DNA from: Octopus sinensis
Lineage: Eukaryota
Assembly (NCBI RefSeq): GCF_006345805.1
Contig: NC_043008.1
Location: 8,432,001-8,496,000 of the forward strand
Length of the DNA stretch: 64,000 nucleotides
Direction of reading: 5' to 3'
Part shown: piece after piece, positions 12,979-28,105 of the stretch
Layout: each line of letters begins with the position of its first letter
Numbering within the stretch: position 1 is the stretch's first letter
Program-made: the position numbers and the translations under genes
Notes under the pieces: model-generated
Told to the model about the DNA's origin: nothing
Seen by the model: the letters and a program-made list of their open reading frames with translations, nothing else
The model's database searches: none

Positions 12979-13878
12979 TATTGGATCATCCGAGAAATAA
13001 TGCGGTGTTTTCAATAGCTTGAACTAAGAGTCGGATGGGGACGTAATAAACTACCTGCATCGACTTACTATAAAACAGGTAGTAATTTTACCTTGTCTTT
13101 ATTGTTAGTGCAAGGTTGAAGAGTGCAGTTCGGTTTTAATAGTTTTTTTTTTTTTAAGTCATAATAGAAGTAACAAAAGATCGTCTTTGGCATATTTTGG
13201 TTTATGAGTTCAACAAAGGCAGCAAGTACGGGAAATATTAATGAAGTATACGGGGATCAGGCAATAAGCGTAAGCCCGTGTCAACGGTGGTTCCAGAAAT
13301 TCCGAGCCGGAAACTACAGACTAGTAGATGTGCTTCGTCCTGAAAGATCTGTATAACTCAATGGGGTGTCCTGCAAACCCCGGTGGAACTACGAGAGGAA
13401 CTACCAGAGAAGCTTGGATTTTGGTCATTCAACCATTGATCGACACCTGCGAGCCTTCAGAAAATGAACGTTTATTTTGAAGATGAAAGGTGTTCTTCCA
13501 TTAGGCTAATGCCGGACACATACAGCGACGATGACATTCCAAAGGCTGGAGTAGTTTGAATGGGAAAATGATGCATAACGCAGTATATTCGCTGGACATT
13601 GCTCTATCTGATTATCATTTATTCTACAGCCTTCAAAATCATTTGAACGGAAAAAATATAAATTCTGTAGACGTGGTCAGAACAGTATTAGAGGAATATT
13701 ATTTCTTGTCACGAAGAGGTGAATTTTGGAAAAGGTGTCTTGCAAGTCTACCAGAAACATGAAAGACCATTGTAGAATATGAAAGAGAGTATATTTTAGA
13801 TTAAAAAAAAAAACAACTTTATTTTAATTTTGAAAAGTAAAAGTATGAAATAGGCATTATTTATGGGATGATCCAATA
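12979..13878 (+). mobile_element. Internally deleted mariner with both TIRs
   Basis: TIRs tattggatcatccgagaaataatg / cattatttatgggatgatccaata. N-terminal remnant EVTKDRLWHILVYEF..CQRWFQKFRAG and C-terminal remnant YSLDIALSDYHLFYSLQNHLNGK..EYILD*. The central catalytic region is missing. Confidence 0.92.
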
Positions 13879-13961
13879 TATATCACAAGCACAAACGCTC
13901 TCTCTCTCTCTTTCTCTCTCTTTGACACACACACACATACGAGCATATATATATATATATA

Positions 13962-14018
<57 letters not shown>

Positions 14019-14167
14019 TGGTTTGTGTGTGTGTATGTATGTATATCAAAAAATAAATATACGATAAAACATATACCGATCATTAAGTAATTATATATTG
14101 TGAAAGTTGATTTAGTATTACTAATTGAATTGTTGCCTGTAAGTTTGGAATAATATTCCCTAATATG

Positions 14168-14209
<42 letters not shown>

Positions 14210-14222
14210 GTGTGTGTGTGTT

Positions 14223-15123
14223 TATTGGATCATCCGAGAAATAATGCGGTGTTTTCAATAGCTTGAACTAAGAGTCGGATGGGGACGTAATAAACTACCT
14301 GCATCGACTTACTATAAAACAGGTAGTAATTTTACCTTGTCTTTATTGTTAGTGCAAGGTTGAAGAGTGCAGTTCGGTTTTAATAGTTTTTTTTTTTTTA
14401 AGTCATAATAGAAGTAACAAAAGATCGTCTTTGGCATATTTTGGTTTATGAGTTCAATAAAGGCAGCAAGCACGGGAAATATTAATGAAGTATACGGGGA
14501 TCAGGCAATAAGCGTAAGCCCGTGTCAACGGTGGTTCCAGAAATTCCGAGCCGGAAACTACAGACTAGTAGATGTGCTTCGTCCTGAAAGATCTGTATAA
14601 CTCAATGGGGTGTCCTGCAAACCCCGGTGGAACTACGAGAGGAACTACCAGAGAAGCTTGGATTTTGGTCATTCAACCATTGATCGACACCTGCGAGCCT
14701 TCAGAAAATGAACGTTTATTTTGAAGATGAAAGGTGTTCTTCCATTAGGCTAATGCCGGACACATACAGCGACGATGACATTCCAAAGGCTGGAGTAGTT
14801 TGAATGGGAAAATGATGCATAACGCAGTATATTCGCTGGACATTGCTCTATCTGATTATCATTTATTCTACAGCCTTCAAAATCATTTGAACGGAAAAAA
14901 TATAAATTCTGTAGACGTGGTCAGAACAGTATTAGAGGAATATTTATTTCTTGTCACGAAGAGGTGAATTTTGGAAAAGGTGTCTTGCAAGTCTACCAGA
15001 AACATGAAAGACCATTGTAGAATATGAAAGAGAGTATATTTTAGATTAAAAAAAAAAACAACTTTATTTTAATTTTGAAAAGTAAAAGTATGAAATAGGC
15101 ATTATTTATGGGATGATCCAATA
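14223..15123 (+). mobile_element. Second copy of the deleted mariner (within the duplication)
   Basis: Nearly identical to 12979-13878. Confidence 0.92.
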
Positions 15124-15187
15124 TATATCACAAGCACAAACGCTCTCTCTCTCTCTTTCTCTCTCTTTGACACACACACACATACGA

Positions 15188-15225
<38 letters not shown>

Positions 15226-15751
15226 GCACACATTCATACACCATATTTCTTGTTTCTACTTTCATAAGGATCCCTTACCATCCAACGACTATCATCAACA
15301 CCTGCAAATTAACTATGAATATCTAGTTTTCAGTAATATGCACTTGCATCAAAGTAATTAATGTTAACATATTTAATATAATAATTCTAAAAATGTCAAT
15401 CCAATATAATTAGGCAGCGTGGAGGAGGCAACATTAGCTCAATGCTCGTCTCTGACTAAACACTTGAATTCCTCTAGCGTCTAGCTCTGATACTGTAGAG
15501 CAATAAGCAGTTTAATTTGTGGGTATTCCATACCAGTACACAAAATCCTCTCCCAAAAGACTTTCCTCAACTTTCTTCGCTAAACTCCCATGTCACGGTA
15601 ACTATCTCCAGGAATAAGTGTGCAGGGCTTACTCTACTCGATATACTGCGGAACTTAATTACCAGTGTCTTTCTAGATGATTCCAAATGACTACGACTAT
15701 GAGAGTACAACAGGAGAGAATACTACACTGTCTTGGTCGTCTTTATGGAGG

Positions 15752-16217
15752 TTTCTTGTACATTTAATATCCAGCGGTCTCCTGCACCTGGCAGGAAATT
15801 CTTGTTTTATAGGGATATCCGGACAATCAATTCCACGAACTAAAAGTCGGGGGAGGGCGGAATAAACTACCTGCATCAAAATGCAATAAAAGCAGATAGT
15901 AATTTTACCTTGTCCCCATTCTTAGTGCAAGTTTGGTAGAGTGCAGTTCGAGTTTAACCGTTATTTTTTGAAGTTACAATGGAAGTAACAAAGAATCATG
16001 TTTTTTTAAATAACTGTTAAAATCGAACTGCATTCCAAAAAACGTGCACTAAGAATACGGACATGGTAGGATTACTACCTGATTTTATAGCAAGTTGATA
16101 CAGATAGTTTATCCCCTCCCTTTCCGACACTTAGTTCATGCAATTGATTGTCTAGATATCCCAACAAAATTATTCCGACAAGTGCAGGAGATCGCCGGAT
16201 ATTAAGTGCACAAGAAA
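15752..16217. repeat. Imperfect inverted repeat (~215-bp arms) built from mariner 5' leader sequence
   Basis: 15752-15966 is roughly the reverse complement of 16008-16217. The arms are homologous to 13020-13170, and the loop contains the start ATGGAAGTAACAAAG (MEVTK). Confidence 0.8.
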
Positions 16218-16679
16218 TAGTAAGAGCACAATCGATCACCGATGGGGTTAGAAAAGAATATCCAGTGTTAATATGATGCTAATTAGGAAAATAAATGATT
16301 TAAAACAGTAGAGTAACCTAAATTTTCAATCTGATTGTTACAACTATTAACTATAAATTTTTATAAGTTACAATTTCCGTTATAAACCTCGTTCATACTC
16401 CTGGAATTTACTGACTGCTCGCAAATAAGTGAGGCCGAAATATGCTAATATTATTTATGATGACAAAATAGAATTTCACTGAAGTCACAAAATAATTTTG
16501 AATAAAAGAATAATTCACGATACCATTGAAAATGCTGTAACTTTACTCTGGGAAATGCAAATACGTTTATGTTGATGAAACAGATCGTTTTTCAAGCATA
16601 AAATATGTCGTTATGAGGATAAATCTAGCGGTGAGATTTCAAACCTCATCGTAAAAAAGAAATTGTACGGAGTGAGAAG

Positions 16680-17130
16680 CAACTGCCAGAATTGAAGTGC
16701 TGTTTATTATCGATTATTTTGTCGAAAAGAGCATTCTTTTGCAAACGGCGTATTTTCTGAAGAAGATTTCCGGACAGAGATATTTCTTTAAAAATTGTCA
16801 AACAGAACAACAAACTTGTACATGCTATTCAAAGTGGAATAAACTTTCTTGAAAAAATAGTGATAAAAGATATATATATAAGTCATTAAATGGATGAAAG
16901 TGCAGACATTCGAGTTACGCAACTTTTGGCTATCGTTGTGAGAGTCTTTGATTCGACGCATAATGCAGTATAAGCATTGTTAAGTACCAAAGCCGTCGAA
17001 AACGGAATCGGTTTTAGACTTTACAATGCTGTCACTTCTACCTCGACTGAATGAAAACAGTTTCAAGAATATTATTCTATTCGGAAGCGATATTTTTTTT
17101 CAGGCAGACATCAAAAATGGGTTCCAAAAA
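16680..17130 (+). mobile_element. hAT transposase remnant
   Basis: MDESADIRVTQLLAIVVRVFD (hAT DESTD motif), FPDRDI and KNIILFGSD, with frameshifts. Confidence 0.75.
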
Positions 17131-18200
17131 TTCTTGACAAGTGAGGTTTTTATTTTTTGCTTGTTGTATTATATGATGCGGCTGGTGTTTATTCATTCTT
17201 TTTTCTGGTCATGCTCTTAGCATAATTGCCATCATCTTTAGAGAATCTGTTAAAAGATTTAACATCTCATTTCTGTCGCAGTGGCAACAGACAATAAAAG
17301 TCCACACTATTTAAGAAAGTTTCTTGGAGCTTGCCACGTGATACCATTATTTGCTTAAAAGCGGTGGATTTCTTGATGCTTAAATTATTGGTAGAAATTT
17401 GTATTCGAATAAGAAAAAACATTCCCTCGCAGTAAAATAATAAATTATTGCTAAAATAAAAATATATTTAACTGTAGATAATCCCAGCACTTCTCGTCCG
17501 CCTGCTAATCAACTAGGAGTTCATATACTATATACCATCTTATGTGAGAGAAGACAGTCTCAAAGATTGTGATGACTTTATCATTTTATTCTACTATAAA
17601 CGCAGAGCCTGACATTTGTGAGGAGCGGGGTTAGGTATTCAAATAAAAACTAATTGAGTTCTGGTTCTTGTTTTGTCGACTCCGAAAAGACCAAATGCAA
17701 AGTGGAACTCGCTTCTTTCTCCAGAACGCAAACAATTCTAACAGCTTGCCGCCTTAGAGTTCTTGATTAATTAAGTTATCGTTTTACAATACAGAAATTT
17801 CCTATCGCTGTAGAAATATTCTTGGAACGTGAATATTTTTACAGTTTAAAGACCCCAAAACACATCTTATAATTCAAAATAGGATTGGTTAAACTATTTT
17901 ATAAATAGTTTTTTTCTCTAAATCTCTATGTCTGCGCAAAAAAATAATAGATGATTAAAAAGGGTGAAGATCTAAAAGATATATGAATTGCAAGCAGTCA
18001 GCTACATGTAATTCCATCAAATGTCCTATGTGGAGACCCATGATGTGGGATAAGGTGCAAAAGATACTTGAAATGAATAATGACAGAAATTTAAAAAATC
18101 ATTTTAGTAAATGATTTTAGTAAATCAGTTTTAGAAGTTTTGAAGTCATCTAGAAAGGCTAGATATTATATAGATTGCGACATATGTAAACAAACAAGTA

Positions 18201-19052
18201 GGAAGCGCAATGGTCGAGTGGTTAGGGCAGCGGACTCGCGGTCGTAGGATCGCGGTTTCGATTCCCAGACCGGACTTTGTGAGTGTTTATTGAGCGAAAA
18301 CACCTAAAGCTCCACGAGGCTCTGGCAGGGGATGGTGGTGATCCCTGCTGTACTCTTTCACCACAACTTTCTCTCACTCTTACTTCCTGTTTCTGTTGTA
18401 CCTGTATTTCAAGGGGCCGGCCTTGTCACTCTCTGTGTCACGCTGAATATCCCCGAGAACTACGTTAAGGGTGCACGTGTCTGTGGATGGCTCAGCCACT
18501 TACACGTTAATTTCACGAGCAGGCTGTTCCGTTGATTCGGATCAACCGGAACCCTCGTCGTCGTAACCGACGGAGTGCTTCCTTCCACTTTTTCACCACA
18601 ACTTTCTCTCACTCTTACTTCCTGCTTCTGTTGTACCTATATTTCAAAGGGCCGGCCTTGTCACTCTCTGTGTCACGCTGAATATCCCCGAGAACTACGT
18701 TCAGGGTACATGTGTATGTGGAGTGCTCAGCCACTTACACGTTAATTTCACGAGCAGGCTGTTCCCTTGATTCGGATCAACCGGAACCCTCGTCGTCGTA
18801 ACTGACGGAGTGCTTCCATCCACTCTTTCACCACAACTTTCTCTCACTCTTACTTCCTGCTTCTGTTGTACCTGTATTTCAAAGGGCCGGCCTTGTCACT
18901 CTCTGTATCACGCTGAATATCCCCGAGAACTACGTTCAGGGTACATGTGTCTGTGGATTGCTCAGCCACTTACACGTTAATTTCACGAGCAGGCTGTTCC
19001 GTTGATCGGATCAAACGGAACCTTCGTCGTCGTAACCGACGGAGTTCTTCCA
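18201..19052 (+). mobile_element. SINE family B with triplicated 3' half and 12-bp TSD
   Basis: One head plus three ~234-bp copies of the 3' body. aaacaaacaagt flanks the unit at 18188-18199 and 19052-19063. Confidence 0.93.
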
Positions 19053-19588
19053 AACAAACAAGTGTTTTTCATTTTTTTGTGCTATCAGTATCTACGCATT
19101 AAAAAAGATATATTTCTATTTGTTCTACAACATATTTCAGCGATTTAAAAAATAGTTTTGTCTGTTTACATATGACCTAATCTATACGACATTTAACGTC
19201 TCGGGATAAAATTATAACTTCTAAAATTGTAGAAGAACGTGTCGGTCGGCTGTGTAGCTTAAGGGTAGAACACTCTGAAATGGATATCAGGGGATTGTGA
19301 TTTCCATCCACATGGTTGGCTGGTTGGCTGGTTGGTGACCAATTTGCTACTTTCAAATGATTTTATCATATGTATGCTGTTCTATCAGTATTTACGCGTT
19401 GAAAAAATATATATTTCTACTACTATACATTTTAACGCTCCCCAAAAAATTGTTTGTTTACATATGACGAGGTAATATATATGTATATTATTGCTATTTT
19501 ATATATATATATATATTTTAAACATAGTATATGCACATATATATATATACACATTTTGTTAACATATATAGATATGTAAGTATATATA

Positions 19589-19635
<47 letters not shown>

Positions 19636-20040
19636 TATACACCCGTACATACATACACATACATACATGCATACATACATATATACATTCATACAATCAC
19701 TTGACGGGGTGAGAACGCTAAGCATGTTGTGTATAAATGCTATATCATTACCAGCTAAAATAGAAAGAACCGTGATTGGCCCTACCAGTACAATGACTAG
19801 AATACCATAAGAGACAATCGTTCTTATCAGCTCGCAGCGCCCCCGTCCAGGTTTTGTGACTGAAAAGGAGATAACAAATCCGAAATGTTGGCATGTCAAT
19901 GTTTGAATAGATAGCACTGCGAGCTGATTTAGGTATATTTACACCATTTGTCTACATTGAGAACTTTTAGCAACAAGAGTCATAACGTGACGATGACTCT
20001 TTTCACGAATTTTGATTAAATTTGAGGTTTCATGACAAAT

Positions 20041-20436
20041 TCTTATATATAAAAGAGAGGTTGTGTGCTGTCTGTCTCCTACGATTTAGATTCCTAACTA
20101 CTCACACATTTTGCGGTGCAGTTTAACCAAAACCGGGTATCTTATAGTCGTGATTCATATCGAGCCCTTCTGGGTATTAGCGCGCGTCTACGATGAGTCT
20201 ACGATTTTAATAAACATTTACCATCAATTTTTCTCATTTTTAATGCATTTTTGGCATATATAAGGGACGTAACTCTCTATAAATTTATTATTAAATCTCA
20301 GGACGTAAAAAGCTACAGTAACACCCCCCCCTTTGTGGTTAGCCATATTGAGATGGCTATTATACTTTACATCTCTAAAAATGCTTATATAGTTATTTCC
20401 CTTACAAACCCAAGCAACGCCGGGCGATACTGCTAG
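20041..20436 (+). mobile_element. Non-autonomous Helitron
   Basis: 5' TCttatatataaaag, subterminal hairpin cccaagcaacgccggg (20409-20424), and 3' CTAG followed by T. Confidence 0.7.
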
Positions 20437-22947
20437 TATATTATATGCGGTTTGCAGTTTATACGGGAATATGTATCCTGACTTCATGTGCGGGGCTCAA
20501 CCTGAGATTAGAGTGTAGCGGAGCTTAATCTTACAATTTTCACACACACACCCAATGTGTGTGTGTGTGAGTGCTTGCGTATGTGTCTGTGTGTTTTACG
20601 TGTGTACGTGATGTATGTATATATTTGACTACGAAAATTTCGAAACTAAACCCCCTCTTTGAACGACTCGTTTTCAAATATTTGTTTTTATTAATGTATA
20701 GAAGAGAAATTCTGTAAATCATTGGCCTTTTAATAAACCTCTAGCTATGGATATCATATCACATTCAGCAATTGTGATATAATATTAAAATCAAATATTT
20801 ACAGCAAAGTTCCTGACCGCCCTGACTATTATTCAATCAATTCCACCGCAAATAGATATGGAACACATTTTCTTCAATGTCATGTATCTCATTTCAAATT
20901 TTGATTCGTTTGTAATTACACTATGCCGGAAGTTTGAGATATAAAATATTTGGATAGATTGTCCTTCTAAATATTTCATAATTTAATTTAATTGGGATTT
21001 TCCCAATAACTTCCTGTAGTCCGCATTTTCTATAATCTCAGTTGAAGTGAGGAGCCCTCAAGAGCCAACAGCACAGTGCCAATATTCTTACGTCGATATA
21101 TGATGATTTATTGCGATTATTGCGTTTACATTTATCGATATGATTGTTCTTCAGTTATCTTGTTCCAGCAACATAAACAGTTTGGCATACGAAACTCCTA
21201 AACACGAGACATTAATCTTCACTTATCATCACCTTTTCTATGGTCACATTTAAAATAATAAATTTTCATTGTCAGCAAGAACCAATAGCATCCCCTCTCA
21301 AATAGTATATACCTTTCCACATCCGTTTTAATAAGGATTTTAACCACACCAACTACTCAAAATCTAATCAAATATCCTTCAGGTCTCATAGGGCTGTAAG
21401 GGAGAAATGATCAGTGCTAAAAGTTTCTTTGTCATATACAAGCATATGAGCAGATCTATTTCCATCTGTCACTTTATTTATATATTTGTTCTAATTTGCG
21501 ATGTACCTTTGATAACTGCACATTCTCAGGTAGGTATTGATTTGTGCAAGAGCAAACGCATTTGGCTTCGTCCGATATATATTTGCACTTTAATTTAGGT
21601 GTACATATTTTGAGACAGCTGTTTATATTTAGATAGGTAAATATATCATCATTAATTACCAAACCATTCTATTTTAGTTTATTTCAAAATATTTACGTCA
21701 ACTGAGCTAAAGAACATACGCTTTTGTTGTATATGCTATTCCTGTTAATCTATTATTAAATTTGCGCTGACTCTTTTACTGCTTATGTTATTCATATTAT
21801 CATGTTTTATGTATCACAACGACTATTATTAAGCAAACCGCTTTGGCAGCTGGTGTTTCTGCTATAGGACTGTTGTTGTTGTCGCAAAAACTGCTGCCAT
21901 GCGTAATTTTAGCCATACAATAGCATGTTACAACACTGAGTATTTAATGTACGTTCGTTATTGTTATCTAAGTTTGGGTTCTAGACCAATCCTAATCGTA
22001 AAACAAATGATAAAAATAATCAGAACGATAACCAAAGTATAAATATATATAAAAGTATAAAGTATAAATACATTTAATGATATGTTCTTCCAGTTTTAAG
22101 ATTGCGGCACGTAATGTGAAAAAGCTCTGACTGCTATGTCTAGCAGGTTCAGCGAACAAATTGAAGGCTATAGATGAAAATACAGGAGGGTCAGTTAATT
22201 AAGATTTTATTCAACATCTCCCGCTCTCAAGATTCCCACACTTATTGCAGCTATCCTTCAGTTTTTCTAAGCCCTGTAAAAAACCTTGGAAACATTGGCC
22301 GCCAACCAGGCCTTTCGCGACATCATGTAAACCAGGAAATTGTCAGCACTTCACTCGTATGTAAACAAAAGAGCGCTATGTGAGTCAGTCCGGAAGAGAT
22401 AAATAAATATTAAAAGTGATGAATGTACAAAAAAACAAAATAAAAAATACTGAGTTGATAACGAGATGTTTTTGATAATCTAAAGTTATATTTGAAAGTG
22501 TAATATAAACCGTAAGATTTATTAGTGTACTTATTACGATACAAGTTAAGGATTAGTGATCTTTGTGAAGTGTGATAAGAGGAATTATAAATTGCCTTTT
22601 ATTATTAAGATGAAAGTGATGAGATGAATATTTGGGAAGGCGGAGCTAAAGGAGACTATAGTTCAAAAATTATATCTATATATTATCACGTTGTTTCAAA
22701 TATATTTGTAAAAATATGAGAAGTAATTATATGAAGTATGAAGATGAAATCAAAGCCCGTTTAATTCGGCTAATTCGATGCTACATCTATGTAGGCAGGC
22801 ATTGGTTTTACGTACGAGCTAACATATAATTTGTGTTGAAAATTATTTGGGACTTTGAATAATCTAAAAATACAAACGGGCTGTACAGCAATAAAAAAAG
22901 ACGAAGTATGTGATTTTCGTGTCGCCTAAACCTTGGAATTCTTCATT

Positions 22948-23317
22948 GGTGCAGACATGGCTGTGTGGTAAGAAGCTTGATTCGCAACCACATGGTTCCT
23001 GGCTCAGTCCTACTGCGTCGCACATTGGGCAGCAAGTATTTTTTTTTATAACCATGGGTCGACAATGCTTTGTGAGTAGGTTTCGTAGGCGGAAACTGAA
23101 AGAAGCCCGTCGTATATATGTATGTATGTCTGTGTTTGCTACCCCATCACATTTTGACAACCGATGTTGATGTGTTTCTGTCCCGGTAACTTAGCGCTTC
23201 AGCAGAATATATCGCAAGTAAAGTACTGTGGTCCATAGATTCGACAAAAAAGTTCTTCAAGGCGGTGCCCCAGCATGGCCGCAGTCTAATGTCTAAAACA
23301 ATTAAAAGGTAAAAGAT
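22948..23317 (+). mobile_element. SINE family A (diverged, full length)
   Basis: Head, body and tail match the family. Confidence 0.88.
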
Positions 23318-24180
23318 AAGGTATGATTTAGAAATTGATAATATAATATACAAGGTTTACAGCTAATAATGTGAAATTAGTTACTGAAACGTCACGCCCT
23401 CCCTTATAAACAGACGGTATTGCGAGAGAATGTTGCACAACTGCTCCGTATTTATTTTCTTCTGCTTAGCTACAAGTTTACTACACGTGAAAAATCTAAA
23501 CAAGGCCTCCTAGACAAGGTAATTTCTGTCTTATTTTTTTTCCAGCGTTGGGTATCCATTATTAAAATATTTAAAGCGTACGTACACTTTTTAATATGGT
23601 GGTGTATATTTGAAATTTGACAGCTGTTACTATATTTTCCACAGATAATCCAGTGGCGGTTGCGTTGATTAGTTCAGTCGCGGCTGAGATTAGACATCTA
23701 TTCCACACCAGATCCAAATGTGATATACCGTAAAGTATTTATGGTATATAAATTATATTCTTTTAACCGTCCTTTTAATTTATTTCTCTTTCTTTTTATG
23801 GTTATTTATTTTTCTAAATTCGTTCATTATATTTCACCATTAGAAACCATCTTTCCAGGAAACATAGCTAATGCGATAACTGGACTAATATACTGTTTAA
23901 AATGCCAGATTCTGTGCATATGGAAAATCTTGTTGATGTCGGCTAGCTAATGGTGTTATGATATATTCCCGCAGATGCATGGAAGTGTTTATTCTCCGGA
24001 TAATTTTATTTGTATAATTTGCAACTTTGAATATACTGTTTAGCTTCTCACGTAGACCATCAATATGCTATTAAATCGTTGTCCTGATTCTGGGAATCGT
24101 GTCAAAGAAGGCATGCTAACCATTTTATATATTTCTGAGCACTCCATTGAAAAGTAATTTATTGCTTTCCATGTACGTTC

Positions 24181-24400
24181 CACAGATCTTCTGGCATAAT
24201 CAACTATAAACCTAATACTGTAGGATCCATGATATTTTATTTTGTTCTGTATGTTGCTCTAATACGTTAACGTTCATTTTGCGTGTGCATTTTACCGAAA
24301 TGTACCTGTCGGCAATGCGTATAGATTTATAGACGTACACACTCACGCACACGAACACACATACGTACACCTGATATATATATATATATGTATGTATATA

Positions 24401-24477
<77 letters not shown>

Positions 24478-24752
24478 ATACACGTAAAACACACAAACAC
24501 ACACATATATATGTAGGCGATGGTGATACTGCGTGGTAAGAAATGTGCTTTCCAATTACGTGGTTCCATGTTCAAGCCCATTGCATGGCACTTCGGACAG
24601 GTGTTTTCATGGGACCACGTAATTGGAAGGCACAATTCTTACCATACAGTATCACCATCGCCTATACATATATATGTGTGTTTCTGTTTTACGTGTATAT
24701 ACATACATATATATACACATATATATACAAATATATATACATATATATATAC

Positions 24753-24786
<34 letters not shown>

Positions 24787-24978
24787 GTATATATATCAGG
24801 TTTATGTATGTGTTCGTGTGCGTGCGTGTGTGCGTCTATAAATATATACGCATTGGTACATTTCGGTAAAAACGCACACAAAATGAACGCTAACATATTT
24901 GAGCAATATACAGAACAAAATAAAATATCATGCATCCGACAGTATTAGATATATAGTTGATTTGCTAGAAGATCTGTG
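24181..24978. repeat. Fold-back inverted duplication (~380-bp arms, 37-nt loop)
   Basis: 24181-24570 is roughly the reverse complement of 24608-24978, about 85% identical by eye. Confidence 0.92.
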
Positions 24979-25215
24979 TCAGTGGATTTCGTAGACTTGT
25001 AGGCATAAACGTATGAGTGGCTGTCTCTTTCTGCCCGTGTTTTAGCCACAACCACCACCCCATAACCGATGCTGGGTGTATTCAAATCCCCACTAAATGG
25101 GAGAAGACGTATAAAGCTTTAAAAAAAACAAGTACTGGAGTCGATACATTGAACTAAAAATTCTTCAAGGCCGCAGCCTAATGATTGAAGAAAGTAAAAC
25201 GGATGAAAGAGAAGA
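24975..25215 (+). mobile_element. SINE family A 3' portion, decayed (head displaced to ~24525-24607)
   Basis: gtggatttcgtagac, ccgatgctgg and ggccgcag..taatgattgaa segments match the family A body and tail. Confidence 0.65.
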
Positions 25216-25362
25216 GACAAATGTGTGTGTGTATGTGTCTGGTCTCTGTCTATATAATAGATAGAGATATATGAAAGCATAACCATTTATATATACACAC
25301 AAACACAGACACACGCGCGTGTGTGTGTGGTATGTGTGTGTATATAATCTTTTCTGTTTTAA

Positions 25363-25440
25363 TTTTTGCAACTTTTAATATAAGCGATTTTTTGCAAATT
25401 TTAATGTAAGCGATTTTTACAACTTTTAATGTAAGCGAAT
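25363..25440. repeat. ~28-bp minisatellite, 3 copies
   Basis: Unit ttttgcaacttttaat(a/g)taagcga. Confidence 0.85.
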
Positions 25441-26019
25441 ATTTTTTTATATTAATTTACGTGCACAATATGTTATAGATACTGAGTAAGATTTGCTTTC
25501 CAACAACTTCAAGTAATTTGGAACAAAATTATGAACGTTTTAACACAGAGAGTGAGATTTACAATTTCGTAATTCGGAAATTAATTCAATCACAATATCT
25601 TCTTGTGCTATAATATATTTCAAGATCATATTTATATAAATGTCAAAGTAGAGAATACAGGAATATTGTGAGCATATCAAATTACAGCTCAACTAATTTC
25701 AATACAAGTTTAGTTGAAACATATTTAGAAAGTTTATGTTGAAGAAGTAAGGAAGCTCTGATCATACGATAACACGCATTAATCCAAACACATACATAAG
25801 TCTGTGTGGGACACTCAACAGTTACAACAAATGTAATTGTGCCATTTCTATAAGAGTAATTAAATAAATGTGTGTGTCTGTGTGTGTGTTATATTGTACT
25901 ATATTATATTATGTGTTGATATGCCTCTCAAAGATTCCAGTCCGTTTCTCTTTATTTTGTATATGCAATTTTATACATGCACATGCGCGCACGCACAAAT
26001 GTATTTTGGCAGATAGATA

Positions 26020-26370
<351 letters not shown>

Positions 26371-26378
26371 GATAACTG

Positions 26379-28105
<1,727 letters not shown>

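Larger units (their letters stand above)
12727..15222. repeat. ~1245-bp near-identical tandem duplication (2 copies)
   Basis: atcaaaaaataaatatacg occurs at 12798 and 14045. Only a few SNPs/indels separate the copies, and the boundaries lie in (TA)n tracts. Confidence 0.95.

Noticed and set aside
18351-19052. Regular repeats as a CRISPR-like array
   Set aside because: The context is eukaryotic, and the units are whole SINE bodies without unique spacers.
19075-19480. Diverged ~100-bp direct repeat pair
   Set aside because: An old local duplication with no further structure.
22150-22390. Candidate exon ending at GTGAGT
   Set aside because: A donor site is present, but there is no convincing frame or recognisable protein.
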